A model generated the notes under the pieces. That model had not been told where the DNA came from. It worked only from the letters and a program-made list of their open reading frames with translations, and made no database searches. 64,000 nt of DNA from Dimorphilus gyrociliatus. Its lineage: Eukaryota; Animalia; Annelida. How positions within the stretch are numbered: the first letter of the stretch is position 1; each line of letters starts with the position of its first letter. Positions 51,856 through 64,000 of this stretch are shown here, piece by piece. The stretch is from contig CAJFCJ010000015.1 in the NCBI GenBank assembly GCA_904063045.1, positions 1,247,034 through 1,311,033 on the forward strand, given 5' to 3'. The position numbers and the translations under genes were made by a program.

Positions 51856-52639
51856 ATCTTGTTTAGGATAAAAAAATTTCATTTACATATATATGTTTTT
51901 TTACCGCTTTTAAAGTAAATTTCAACGTTAATGAACAAACGTAGAGGAGAGTTGGTCGAATTTTTTTTTAACATAGAACGACATAAAAAAAACACGTGCG
52001 CTCTTGGATTTTTGGCGACTTTCCAAGTTTCGTATACCGCTCTTTTCCATTGTTCACCGCTTTATTTCCAGTCGTTCCACTTCCTTCTATTTCTCTTCTT
52101 TTATTGACTCTTCCGATGGTTATAATCGAGCAAGGTGATTCGCTTCCAGCTATAATAATCTCTTTTATCCTTATCTGATGTGTTCTCAGTATTTTTTTTT
52201 TTTGACGTTCAACGACCGATAAGATAAGTGACAAATTAAAATTGATCAGAAATCTATTAATGATTTTCACTTATACCTTACTTTCTTAAATAAAAAAATA
52301 TTCGATTCTGATTACTTTAATGACAAACAAGACGATTCGGCGCATAGCTATTGTTTTTCATCAAAATTTCTTCGTCATTTATTTTAGTAGGCCGATTTGT
52401 TCGAACCTAGAAAAACGAACGACCACGACATTGTCAAAATCCTAAAGCATATTAGAAGACATAACAGAGATATAGAGAAGGAAGACTCGAAGAAAACAGT
52501 AATAAACTTACCATCGACTAGTCTGGCCAGCCCAAGAGGCGATCGATCGATTAGCGGCTCTTAGAGATGATTTATCGTACAAATTCCTCGCACAATTAGT
52601 GTCCACCAACGCGCAAAGAGTTAATTAAAAAAGCCCAAC

Positions 52640-52780
52640 TTCAATCTTTTACCTGTTCACGCGCCGCGCCGCTTTTTCGGAGCTTGTATTGCTAGCAAGA
52701 GTGCGCCACGTTGATTGGTCGATGAAACCGGAAGTGTTTATTCCCAACCTCTGCGATTACTGCAGCGCGCGCTGTTTGTT
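52640..52780 (-). promoter_or_regulatory. GC-rich proximal promoter candidate upstream of SERTAD
   Basis: Local GC-rich patch (gcgccgcgccgc, cagcgcgcgc) with an ETS-type ACCGGAAGT (~52728) and a CCAAT box (gattgg ~52713). A minus-strand donor ATG|gtaagt at ~52510 suggests a 5' UTR exon. Confidence 0.45.
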
Positions 52781-53095
52781 TTAAGCTAATTTACTTACTA
52801 AATTTTTTTCGTTAATTATTATAACTTTTTACTATTTTAATTTACAATTGATTTAAATAAAATACAGAAAAAAATAAAAAAAATTCTACGTTAAAAGATC
52901 CATAACGCAAACGAATATTCTTTGTTGAAAACAGAGTATTCCTCATTGGCTGTTCATTCTTTACTAACATTAACAAATTTATATTCACTCCAAGTCTTAT
53001 TTGAAGGTATTTTTTTATTGAAAAACTCGAGTTATTTATAGAATTAGTATAATTTTTAAAGGGAAAGTTACAAGCATCTACCGCCATCTACCGAT

Positions 53096-54063
53096 TTACA
53101 AAAGCTCTTTCTTCATCCATTTCACTTCCTTTTTGCCCAGGCGTCGAATCTCTTTGAAGAATGTACTTTCGCTCATTGCAGGGGGAGGAGGTGGCGGGGC
53201 AGGTGGCGGCGGGACCTGTGAAGGGGAAGCCTGTTTAATCTCCACAGGCTTCCTTTCTTTTTTTTTCATTTCACTAATACAAATGTTCTTTTGACCGAAG
53301 CAACTTTCCAACATTTTTTTCTAAGAAACACAGTAAATTAGACTGTTGAATACATTAAATTGTTGTTTTCAAGACATCTGCCGGCCTTTCACCTCTATTT
53401 CATTGTCAAACAAAAATATAAATATGAAACTTACAACGTCCTCGCAAAAATTATTCGAATTCATGCCCATAGTAACAATCGGTTCACAATACACATATCC
53501 TATAGACGAATAGAAATCTTGAACATCGTGTGTTGTTAAATAAATAACTGTAATTCCGATGCTGAAATAGATATCTTTACATTAAAGTAATCATTTGATT
53601 AAAACTAGTTCCTACCTTTTTGCATAAATTTCCGCCTCTTTCATAAGTCTCTTTCCATATCCTTTACCTCTATGTTTCTTCTTTATTACAACTAATAATA
53701 TAAAATAGTAAAACAAGGGTATTTTGAGTTTTTTGCTTTTTTCTCCTAGTATTCTATTGCACTTTTATCTACCTGATTCAATATAGCAACAGTCATCATG
53801 ACCCAAGACTTTACATAATCTACAGTGACCAACAACTTTTTGGGTGTCGTTACTAAAAGCTAAAGAAGTAGGCAATTCATCACAGGACTTTTCTAATTGT
53901 GTAATTCTAATAACAAAAATAGCTGTATTTAATCGAACGTTTTAAGTAGTAAACTAATGAATTATTCGGACCTAATTTCGAGATTACGTGGCCATTCTTC
54001 GTTTAGTATTTTGGCACATTTTGCAATCATATTCTTGTGATTATGTATTGGGTGAACAGGCAT
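53096..54063 (-). CDS. NAA80: N-alpha-acetyltransferase 80 (actin N-terminal acetyltransferase)
   Basis: Five exons: CAKILNEEWPR|..VVGHCRL..CYIES|VVIKKKHRGKGYGKRLM..|IYLTTHDVQDFYSSIGY..|..PPPPAPPPPPP..WMKKELL*. GNAT acetyl-CoA motif, YLTTHD motif and poly-Pro profilin-binding loop as in human NAA80. The start codon is uncertain. Confidence 0.9.
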
Positions 54064-55346
54064 GATTAAAAGATGCCGAAATTGGTACACAGTGTTCTTT
54101 TTTATTATTAGCACACGTAGAAACTGGTTCAATATTTTGCTAGGGTATACCTAAAACAAGCAATCATTTACGTGCAACTACAGAAAACTTTCAATATAAT
54201 ATTGAAAAGTACTAAAATAGATTTTTCTATGAGAATTTTTTCTAATAAAAGTTTTAATATTTGAATAGACAATCTCACTCTTATTAAAAGAACTTGTCTT
54301 ACAATAGAACTTGACAAACGTTTTTTTCCATTATTAACCTAAATAATATGAGAATTTGAATTTGTCCAATTTTAAAAAATACACTCAGGGTAGTTTAGAC
54401 TTACTTTGTGTATGTGTTTAATATATTTTTAAATATTCGAATGACAGATTGGTAAAGACTAGAAAAATCCTAAACAAAGAGTAGAAAAGTTTTGTATAAT
54501 AAATATAAAAAACAAATTGGTGGGAATTTTCTTTTTCTGGTTTTTCAATTGAAAATCTTGTAGCAAAATTTTATTAGAAAGAGGAAAATCATACAATATA
54601 TCCAAGTACTTGAGTAAAATAAACAACAGAAATATTTACCATTGGTATTCATTCGTACAACCTGGTGGCATTATATATATATATGAAAATCAAACTCTTT
54701 TGACAAATATACTAATTTTCCTTGATAAAAAAATTTCTCTTTTTCTATTTATATTAACGTAACCTTAGTTAGATTTCATAATTAGCATATATAATATAAG
54801 TAAAAGTCAAGTATTATTGCGAAATAGATATTTGATATTCACAATATTTATGTAGAGGGTTTTTTTTTCATTGAACTTCCATATATACATATATATTAGT
54901 ATTCATTATATATATATTATATTTAGAAGTATAATTTTATCTATATTTATAATAAAAAAATGATTTAACTAAATGACAATTACAATAATCTAAATATACG
55001 TTTCAAACTGATCATGTTACATAAATAGCTTTTTCTCATTGCTAAAATAAATGATGACATCAATGCTATAAAAAAAAAGGAAAAAAAGGGACTTGACCTT
55101 GACACTAGTTCTTCAATACTAACGAATCAGGTGAACAAAAAAAAAGAACTATTGGGAAAATTAATCAAATACTAGAAGGAGCATTGATCATATATATAGA
55201 TTGATCATACTAATGAGTAACTATTTAAATATAGTATAGTTTCCATATATATTATGGATTTTTTTATGAAAAAAAAACAACTCTCCCCATTGCAGTATAA
55301 TGCTTCATATTCTTGATTTAGTGTAACCGTTTTGTTTTTTTTTTCA

Positions 55347-56956
55347 ATGGAGGGGGCAAGTGGATGTGTTCCAAGAAAGTTATCAGCCAAATTCAAAGAG
55401 TATGTTAAAAATCAACCACTTTTCTTAAACAATACATTATTAATCGGTTATTTATTATATCAAAATATGTTTGTCAAATTTTGATGATTTTATGCCAATT
55501 TTCAGGGATTTTGCTTATCCAACGGTAAAAGATCGTTTACCTATTATATTAACGAAGCTCATAGACAGCATCGCTAGGAAGAGAGACTGTGAAAAAAATG
55601 TAAATATTTACCTAGAAAATAGACTAGAAAAATAAGTCATTAAATATTCATGATATTCAGGATAGGCAAACTGATCTAAAGGCGATCATAGGAAAATTAT
55701 CTAAATTTCGTAGTTTTCTTATGACAAACAAGCCCATTGAAAAATTAAATGATGAATTGCCGGATGTTAAAGTATGGAATGATTATCTATTAAATCAGAC
55801 AGTTGGAAATGAAAGTCCATCACATTTTACGTCTTCGTGGTTGTACGTTGAATGTTATTTTTATAGAAAATTGGCTGAAAGTTTTAATATGAGGTATGGT
55901 TAATTTACAACCGTCACCAATAATTTAAATTATCGTCTATTTTATAGCACTCACTTCAAAGATTTCGATTACTTTTTTGAAAGTAAACAAAACGCTTGGT
56001 TTACATCGATAAACGCTGCCGAAAGTTTGGCAAAACACCTTCTATTTGTCACCTCACTTGATTATAAGGATGAAAAGTATATGTATGAACATTTTGAACA
56101 GTTTTTTGAGGTAAATTGTGTAGTTTTCTTTATAGTTGATTATCGTTACTTCTTTCTTACCATTGTTTAGGTGGCATTGTGGGGAAATAAATGTGATTTG
56201 TCAATATCAGCTGGTGCTGAAAACACCCAAACGGTTGATCCAATTGAACAATTATCTATTCTTCGACCTAATTTACTACATAATTGTAAACATGATGTCT
56301 GGGATTATATCTGGAACTATATAAGGAATAAAGAAGAAAAGAAGAGAATAGATTTTGTATTGGATAATGCAGGATTTGAATTATTTAGTGATCTTTGCCT
56401 TGCTGAATACTTAATGTTGTGTACTGATGTAGATATCATATATTTTCATGTAAAATCCTATCCTTGGTTTGTATCGGATGTAACGTCTAAAGATGTTGAA
56501 TGGACTGTTACTCAAATGGTTACGTCTGAATCAGATCAATTAAAGGAGTTGGGAAGTAAATGGAAAGATCGCTTTCAAAGTGGACAATGGAAAATCACTA
56601 TCGAAGCATATTGGACTCTACCATATTCTTTTTGGGAAATGGAAGAAGTTGATATGCAACTATACGCAAACTTGACTTCATCCGATTTATTAATTTTTAA
56701 AGGAGATTTAAATTATAGGAAATTATGCAGAGATAGTAAATGGAGCATATTAACTGATTTTGATGTAGCTATTGGTTGCTTCCAACCCGCTCCAATATGT
56801 GCATTGAGAACTGTCAAGTGTGACCTTCTGTTAGGTTTAACTACAGAGGAAGCGGAAAAATGCGATATGCAAAATAGAGAAAAGTGGATGTTTGACGGAA
56901 GCAGAGCTGTTGCCCACTTTTCCACTAAAATATGCCTACCATTTAAACCAGTCTAA
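55347..56956 (+). CDS. ARMT1: Damage-control phosphatase ARMT1 (DUF89)
   Basis: DFAYPTVKDRLPIILTKLID, SSWLYVECYFYRKL, ALWGNKCDLS, FVLDNAGFELFSDL, PWFVSDVT, FKGDLNYRKL, LRTVKCD. Five GT-AG-joined exons. Confidence 0.95.
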
Positions 56957-57140
56957 AAGACAATTCCATTATTTTTTCCTTATAAACTTTATTAAATGAA
57001 CCAATTTAAAATTATCTTAAGCGTTCAACAAATTCTTAATCAAAATATAGCTTTGTTAAGATTATTTGAATAGTTTGGTATTTTATACGTCTAACAAAGA
57101 AAGGTCTGAAAAGAGGACAAGTTTTTTGAGTCTAAACCTA

Positions 57141-57151
57141 CTAGATGGCGC
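57141..57151 (+). promoter_or_regulatory. CTCF-like motif CTAGATGGCGC between ARMT1 and SLC6
   Basis: Consensus match about 350 bp upstream of the putative SLC6 start. Confidence 0.5.
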
Positions 57152-57497
57152 ACAGCATACATGGGAAATAGGGTCGAGATAATTTACGCCCACCTGTTAA
57201 AAAAAGATGTAAAAACCAAAAAGAAACGATAGATATATAATCTAATTCAACTTCTTATATACAAATAGATATTGATATATACTGTATATCAATTAGGGAT
57301 AACCCTTCGCTTAGAAGCCATTCATTATAGTTTTTAAATTGCAAAAAAATACTTTGATATAACTTTTTTTGGAAGACTAAAATTCTTCTTTTTAACCGTT
57401 AAATTTCCTTGAATTCCTTACATTTTCAAACATTGAAAAGCTTTAGAAGAACTATAAAATAATTAAAAAAAAATACCAACAATAATTGACAATAGAA

Positions 57498-60400
57498 ATG
57501 GCCGGGAAAGATTGCGTTGAAGTGTTTATCAAAAAACAATAATTCTATATAGGAATAGATTACAATGTTTCATAAACTATACATATAAAAAATATAGCTT
57601 TCCATTGATTAGCAATTCTTTAATTTTGAGATAACGAAAATAATGAATAAATACAGTTTAAGAAAATGATAAATAACTGGTAAAGCAGTTAATTTTTTTT
57701 CAAAAAAATATTTACTACTATTTTCCAAGTCCAGTTTATTCTTGTATACAGGCCTACAGATTAGTAGAAAAAACAGCGCTTTACGGCAGTTAGAAGCTGT
57801 AAATCGAAGAGTGAAATGGTTGAAGGAGCGAAGAGAGATACTTGGGGAGGAAAGGCCGAATTTCTTCTATCGTGCATTGGTTATGCAGTAGGATTGGGTA
57901 CAATATGGAGATTTCCCTATGTATGTTACCAGGGTGGTGGAGGTAATAATGGAAGAGTTTAACATAATTTTCATATTTATTTAAATATTGTATAATGATC
58001 ATTTGACATATTATGCTTTCATAAAAAATAAATTAATTATTTACAGCCGCTTTCCTTATTCCTTATACAATATATCTACTACTTTTTGGTATACCATTAA
58101 TAATGTTGGAAATGGGTTTGGGGCAATTTTCCAACAAAGGACCAATTGGTGTATGGGAAATAAGTCCTCTGTTCAAAGGTTTGTTTGCGACACTATCATC
58201 TAACTTATCAGTGTAATTCTATTTTTGTGAACGTTTACTATACGTTGATTTCCATTAGGACGAGAGTGTTTTTGTCGCTGATATGAACAAGTAAAAAACC
58301 TGTTCAACTTATCCATCTCAATCCGGTTTTTTTTCAATATTTCAAACATTTATTTCTTTTCAAGTATCTTATCAATGTTTATTTCAAATATTTAACTAGC
58401 TATTTCATTTCGGTTATAGAAACTTTTCACGTGGCTTAATATTATCTTTAAAATTCTGGTCAAAAGTTTGCTCTCTATTTATTTTGGCACATATTCCAAT
58501 TTATATAATTAAGAAACGAACATTTTTAGAGTTTTTTTGACACTATTGTTCATGTTTAATATGGTATATGGTGTACATACTTCCAATGTACGTACCTTAA
58601 TAGTAAATTCTGGGCAGATGTTCTCCCTTATATTATAATATGTCTGGTATGCAGATGTTACTTTAACCCGTTCCAATTTTAATATTGTACACACACACAC
58701 ACACACACCATTGTACAATAAATTTACAAATAATGAATAAGTTCAAATGTCACTATTTTCTTAGGTGTCGGTTATGCAATGTGTATAATTTGCGGAATAA
58801 CTTCCGTTTACTATAACGTAATTATTTCTTGGACTTTGTACTTCTTTACACAATCATTTCGCTCACCTCTACCATGGTCGAATTGCAACAATACTTGGAA
58901 TAATCCGGAAACTTGTAGAGTTGTCTTCTCTAGAAATTCAACTGATAATTTTACTATATCGAAAACTTGCGAAGTTAACCAAACTATTATACAAACACCA
59001 AGCGAACAATTTTGGGAGTATGAACTTCTTTCATCTTTCTCTTCAGTTTGAATAACATAATTATTTTTCTATACTCTATACTCTAACTAGGAGAAATGTT
59101 CTTCAACTGTCCTCTGGAATTGAAAATTTAGGTGGTTTGAAAAAAACTTGGCATCTCTTTTTGGCCAATGCCGTGGCTTGGATCCTTGTATTTTTATGCT
59201 TGATCAAAGGAATTAAATCCTCAGGCAAAGTAATAATAATTAAACAATATGCTAATTTTCGTTTTCATATATAGCTTTAATCGCTTCCAACCTTCCTTCT
59301 ATAGGTTGTCTACATTACAGTCACTTTCCCTTATATAGGTTTGTCCTTTGATTTTACTATTCGTCCAAATTATACGAAATAAATATAACTTTATTACTCT
59401 TTTATTAGTTCTGATCACTTTCTTCATCCGAGCGGTTACATTAGACGGAGCGTCGGATGGTCTTTGGTTTTACTTTGTACCTAAATGGTCGAAATTATTA
59501 GACTTCGAAGTAAGCTTAAATTGGATAGTTTCGCACATTCGTCTGACAATAACAGATTGGTTCTAATTGTAGCCATGGTCGAAAGCAGCTATGCAACTGT
59601 TTTATAGCATGGGGGCTGCATGGGGAAGTCTCATCACATTCTCCAGTTACAATAAGTTATACGCCGCTAATTGAAATATTATCTTCCTTCTTCATTGACT
59701 TTCCTTTCAGATACAAAAATAATTTCTACCGAGATGCCATTATCGTCGGTCTGACCGATACTTTGACAGCGATATTTGCGGGAATGGTGATATTCTGCAT
59801 TATAGGTTTTATGTCTAAGCAGACCGGTTTAGACATCGAAGACGTTGTCGTTCAGGGTACAAAAAGATATTTTTCTGCTTAAATGACCGAATAAAAAACT
59901 AAATGTTTATCTCAATTCTTTTAGGTCCAGGTTTAGTGTTTGTTGTATATCCAGAAGCCATTACACAATTTCCAGGACCAAAGAATTTTTGGGCCGTTTT
60001 ATTTTTCATATTTTTGTTTACAGTCGGTATTGACAGTCAGGTTCGTTTGAAATTCTATTGAAATCCGATAATTTTACGTTATATAGCCTTATAAAAAAAA
60101 AGTTAACGACAACAATTCTCCCTATTAGTTCGGCATGATTGAAACGATGATGACAACTCTTGTTGATGAATTACCTAAAAAAGCATCAAAAGCGAAAATT
60201 TTCTTGACTATGTTCGTGTGTTTTGTAGGTTTGATCCTTGGAATACCTTGTGTCACGCAGGTTCAGTATAAGTATATAATAGAGATTTCAAATTGGTTTA
60301 TTTTCAAAATTACAGGGCGGAATGTACTTCCTGCACATAATGGATTGGTACGCGTCTACATTTTCTTTGATGATCATTTCTTTCATTGAATGTGTCGTAA

Positions 60401-61007
60401 TTGCCTGGATTTATGGTTTGTCTATTTTCTAATCTACTTCCGAATGAATATATACTAAAGAAGATTATATTATATTTCAACAGGTGTCAATAAATTTCGT
60501 AGCGATACAGCTAGTATGCTTGGGCATAATTTATCAATGTATTGGATCTTTTCTTGGAAATTCATATCTCCTGCCCTTATTTTGGTAAAATTATTCTTGA
60601 ATAAAATGACTTTTTTTGTATAGATTTCTATTGAAAATTTCCAGTTCGTGTTCATAAGTGCTGTTGTGAAACACAAAAGTGTTACTTACGGCTGCTACGT
60701 TTATCCAGGATGGGCAGTAAGTATCGGTTGGATGTTCGCGTTATGCTCTATTTTAGTGATACCTGCTGTAGCTGTGTACAGCATCCTTTGTCATGCCAAG
60801 GGAACTTTTGTTCAGGTTGGTATAGTATTAAATTTTCAAGAATCCTATAACATTTTAAGGTTACAGAGAGTGAAAATGCTTTTGAGACCAACGGATAATT
60901 GGAAACCAGCCATAGATGAAGAGCAAGAGCCGCACGAACATCAGAAATTATCTGAATCTGCCTTCAATAACTCAGATTCTGGCGAGGTTACTAATTCGAA
61001 AGCCTGA
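57498..61007 (+). CDS. SLC6 neurotransmitter:sodium symporter, amino-acid (GlyT-like) branch with a divergent ion site
   Basis: [112 protein letters not shown]. About 12 exons; the first exon (57498) is tentative. Confidence 0.93.
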
Positions 61008-62859
61008 ATAGACGAAGTTCACAAAAATGTTGTGATAGAATTCGAGCTAGCTATCAGATATGAAGAAACTAAGAAATAAGAATAATCATATAAGAAAATG
61101 ATAAAATCTGTCAACGTTTTAATTGGTTACAGACCAACAACATTCAACTTTACAATTTTCTTAGTGTAAAAATAGTCTTACACTAGATATACTTATATAT
61201 ATACAATCACTATGTATATAATGTATAAGTAAATACATATGTACATCATATACTCAAAACTTTCATATAAAATCAGCATTTTAAGAACGCAATTAATTTA
61301 TTCATACTTAGGACAATATACACACATTGCAGTTCATGTTTTTAAAAATTTCTTACTACAAAGAGTACGTGGGGGAAAAAACGCCTAAAGATGAAGCTGA
61401 AAACTTTTTGAGCAAAGAACGATGATGTTAAGTTCGTCGAGAAATTTATATAATAAAAAATATTTAAATAGTTTAAAACGTATAAATTTAGGAAACTTTA
61501 TTATACTGCTTGATCAATATGAGAAATAAAATACATTCTTCAAATTGATCGATGCTTTAGTCTCCTATTGATGTACTTTGAAGAAAAAAAAATTAAAAGA
61601 ATGCTCTTTCCACCAAATACTCTTGAATAGTGCCTAATTATATAATTATTTTTGTGTAATACAAAAACTATCAAATAGACAAAACTGCTTTAAGGACAAA
61701 TTGAAACAGAAGATTCAATCAGAATGGTATAAATAAAGTGATTTCAAACATAACAATCACGCTCACTCCATTCGCTGTTCTGCATTCAAATTGTCTATAT
61801 AAATAAGAAAAATATTACTTTATCTATCCTTATGCTTTAACACTTTTACTAAATACTTGATGTATAATATGGCAACAGTCAACACCATCAATATTGATTC
61901 TTGTCAAAATGAAAGGCGTTCAGCTCTTTCAAGTTTTTACAAACGTGAAAATATATATACATATATATTAATAATATTAATGGTATTTATATATATATAT
62001 TCAATTATATATGTAAATATTAATTTTATATATCTGCTAAGTACCAAACGCGATCCTATTCAGATTGCTCTCCATATTGGTTTGAGGAAGCGTAAAGAAT
62101 GACTTTTGAGAAAAATAAGGGCTCGGTTTTATCTATCTAGAAACATTATTAATAAAAATTTTGAGGGTGAAATAAAACTTTTACCTTAAGATTTGATCAG
62201 GCTTAGTAACATTTCACTGGAACGAGGAAAATAATACAAAATTATGATTTATTAATTGACATACGAAATTCGAAATTCGCTATTACATATCAATTTATAC
62301 ATTTCATTTAATCACTAATTTTTGACCTCCCGTCTCTTAGAAAAATCATTCAGTCCGATTCCTAAACCATACAGGTTGTAACCTGTCCAAGGCCGCGTTT
62401 GTTAGTAACATCCAACAAAACATCTAGAAAACTCACTTTGATTTTGTTTAAGAAGCTTTAGGAAACAGCGATAGCACTGGTGGTGACGACTGCAAGAAAA
62501 ATATTAAAAGACTTCTAAAAGAACTAAAAGACAAATCGACATTTTAATATGAGTAAATAATGTAATAGTTTTTAAACCTCGCCTATTTATAATATAACGG
62601 CAAACTGAGACTAGTTTAATTTTTATATTGGAAGTTTATCGACGATTTACGTATATTAAAGACAAAATTAGAAAACGTAAAAACCGTCTGAAATATAAAG
62701 TCCTTCTTTATGATACTAAAACACTAAAACAAAGATAGACATCTTGGTGCGCAAAGTTTATCATGCAAGCAATTTCAAACAAGTGACTTTACGCCCTTTC
62801 TTGTCTACAAAAGCAAAAAACCGAATAAAATTCTTTAGTCTACGACATTTACCTCACTA

Positions 62860-64000
62860 TCAGAGTTATTATTAGGCACTAATTCACGCACGAGTTCTTC
62901 AACTAGATGCCGTCTGAAATAGTTAGATTTTGAAATTTTCAACTAGAAAAATTATAATATTAAATCTCCTTACTTGCTTTGCAATCCTCCACCCGGCGGT
63001 AATTCCAGTCTTACACTGTCGAGACAATTCATGACGTGGTTCACAAGGCTCGGTCCAGCTTCGTTCAATGTACCATCATCGGCACACAATTCTGCCATTC
63101 ATGAAGGTTTAATAGTTTAATGAAACGTAACTGTGTTTACAATCTACCAGTAACTTTTTTTCTGATGATTTCGTTTAGCTGTTCGTCTCTTTCCTTCGCA
63201 GCTTCGGAGAATTTTGGGGCACCCTCAAAAGCGACGATGACTACACTCATGTTGTCCCTGCTTCCCTGATTTTTGAAAATCACCAAAGGTTATCACTTAT
63301 TTTTGTTTTTCTATCATTGTTAATTGAAAATCGACGAACTTACCTTATGCAAGCATGTGTCCAATAATTGGTTGCACACATCGGTTAAATGTTCACATGC
63401 AGCCATGCGATCACGAACAAAATCGCAGACTTCATCATTTGTCATCACATCCCATACACCATCGCAGGCTAAAACCATGAATTCGTCATCACTTTTTCGT
63501 TCAATCACGGTTACATCAGGTTCAGGGGATACCATTTGTTCGCAAGGTCCTATTTTTCGAGGTAATATGCTTAAGAAAGAAAAAAAGGTTTTAGAAATTT
63601 ACCTAATTCCGGTTTGCACTTATATTCGTAATCTCCCAATGCCCTAGACACGGCTAAACTTCCGTTAACTCTTTGAATAAGTACAGATCCACCGGCATTT
63701 TCAATTCTTGCTCTTTCGTTCGGATTTGTAGGTTTATGATCTTCAGTTGCAAAAAGTACTGAATTATTCCGACTTAATACCCCTCTAGAATCACCGCAAT
63801 TAGCAAAATAATAATATTTAGGGGATACAAAACACGATATCGCCGTTGTACCACTCTTATCTGAATTTTGTACTACGTCAGGTAAACTTCTCATAGCTTC
63901 ATCTAGTTCTAAAAATCCTTCACGAATGCCTTTTTGTATTACTACGTTTTCGCAAGAAGTAATACCCAGGGTAAAATCTTGGTTCGCTTGTATGCAGTTC
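62860..64000 (-). CDS. PPM1A/B: Protein phosphatase 1A/1B (PP2C alpha/beta), 5'-truncated at the window edge
   Basis: [68 protein letters not shown]|GSRDNMS, C-terminal [10 protein letters not shown]|RHLVEEL...NKL* (stop 62860-62862). Confidence 0.95.

Noticed and set aside
27556-61007. CBS + PhnZ-like + GlyT-like SLC6 as a functional metabolic cluster (Ser/Gly/phosphonate)
   Set aside because: The genes are interspersed with unrelated housekeeping genes and lie up to 27 kb apart. Nothing in the sequence supports co-regulation beyond the divergent CBS/PhnZ orientation.
62853-62862. TGA TAG TGA at the end of PPM1 as selenocysteine or read-through recoding
   Set aside because: Three consecutive in-frame stops indicate robust termination, and the protein is complete at this point.

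Overview
AT-rich, gene-dense eukaryotic (animal) genomic DNA with many 50-100 nt spliceosomal introns. The style suggests a compact-genome marine lophotrochozoan such as a miniature annelid; this is inference and I have not verified the species. I assembled about 19 spliced or single-exon genes by hand: an LRR/EF-hand protein (partial), Ena/VASP, an Ig-domain protein with a C-terminal membrane hairpin and a head-to-head 78-aa membrane ORF, an SLC5 symporter, PLC-beta, CBS, a PhnZ-like HD-domain diiron oxygenase, an intronless permuted-papain-like ORF, COMMD1, two orphan Ig receptors, a mucin/sushi membrane protein, a Tyr-motif-rich disordered protein, SERTAD, NAA80, ARMT1, an SLC6 transporter and PPM1A/B (partial). 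I found no rRNA, tRNA, CRISPR array or intact transposon. Strongest leads: (1) an intron-containing animal PhnZ (C-P bond-cleaving oxygenase) homolog with the active-site motifs intact, which requires a GC-AG intron; (2) an SLC6 with three simultaneous substitutions in the Na1/Cl- site, predicting chloride-independent or otherwise rewired ion coupling; (3) 13 exact TATA-CAG/CTG-TATA interruptions of (TA)n tracts that match Tc1/Sleeping-Beauty-type excision footprints; (4) an intronless PPPDE/LRAT-like His-Cys enzyme with a membrane anchor; (5) recurrent CTCF-like motifs near gene starts. All coordinates and exon structures were derived by eye, without alignment tools.
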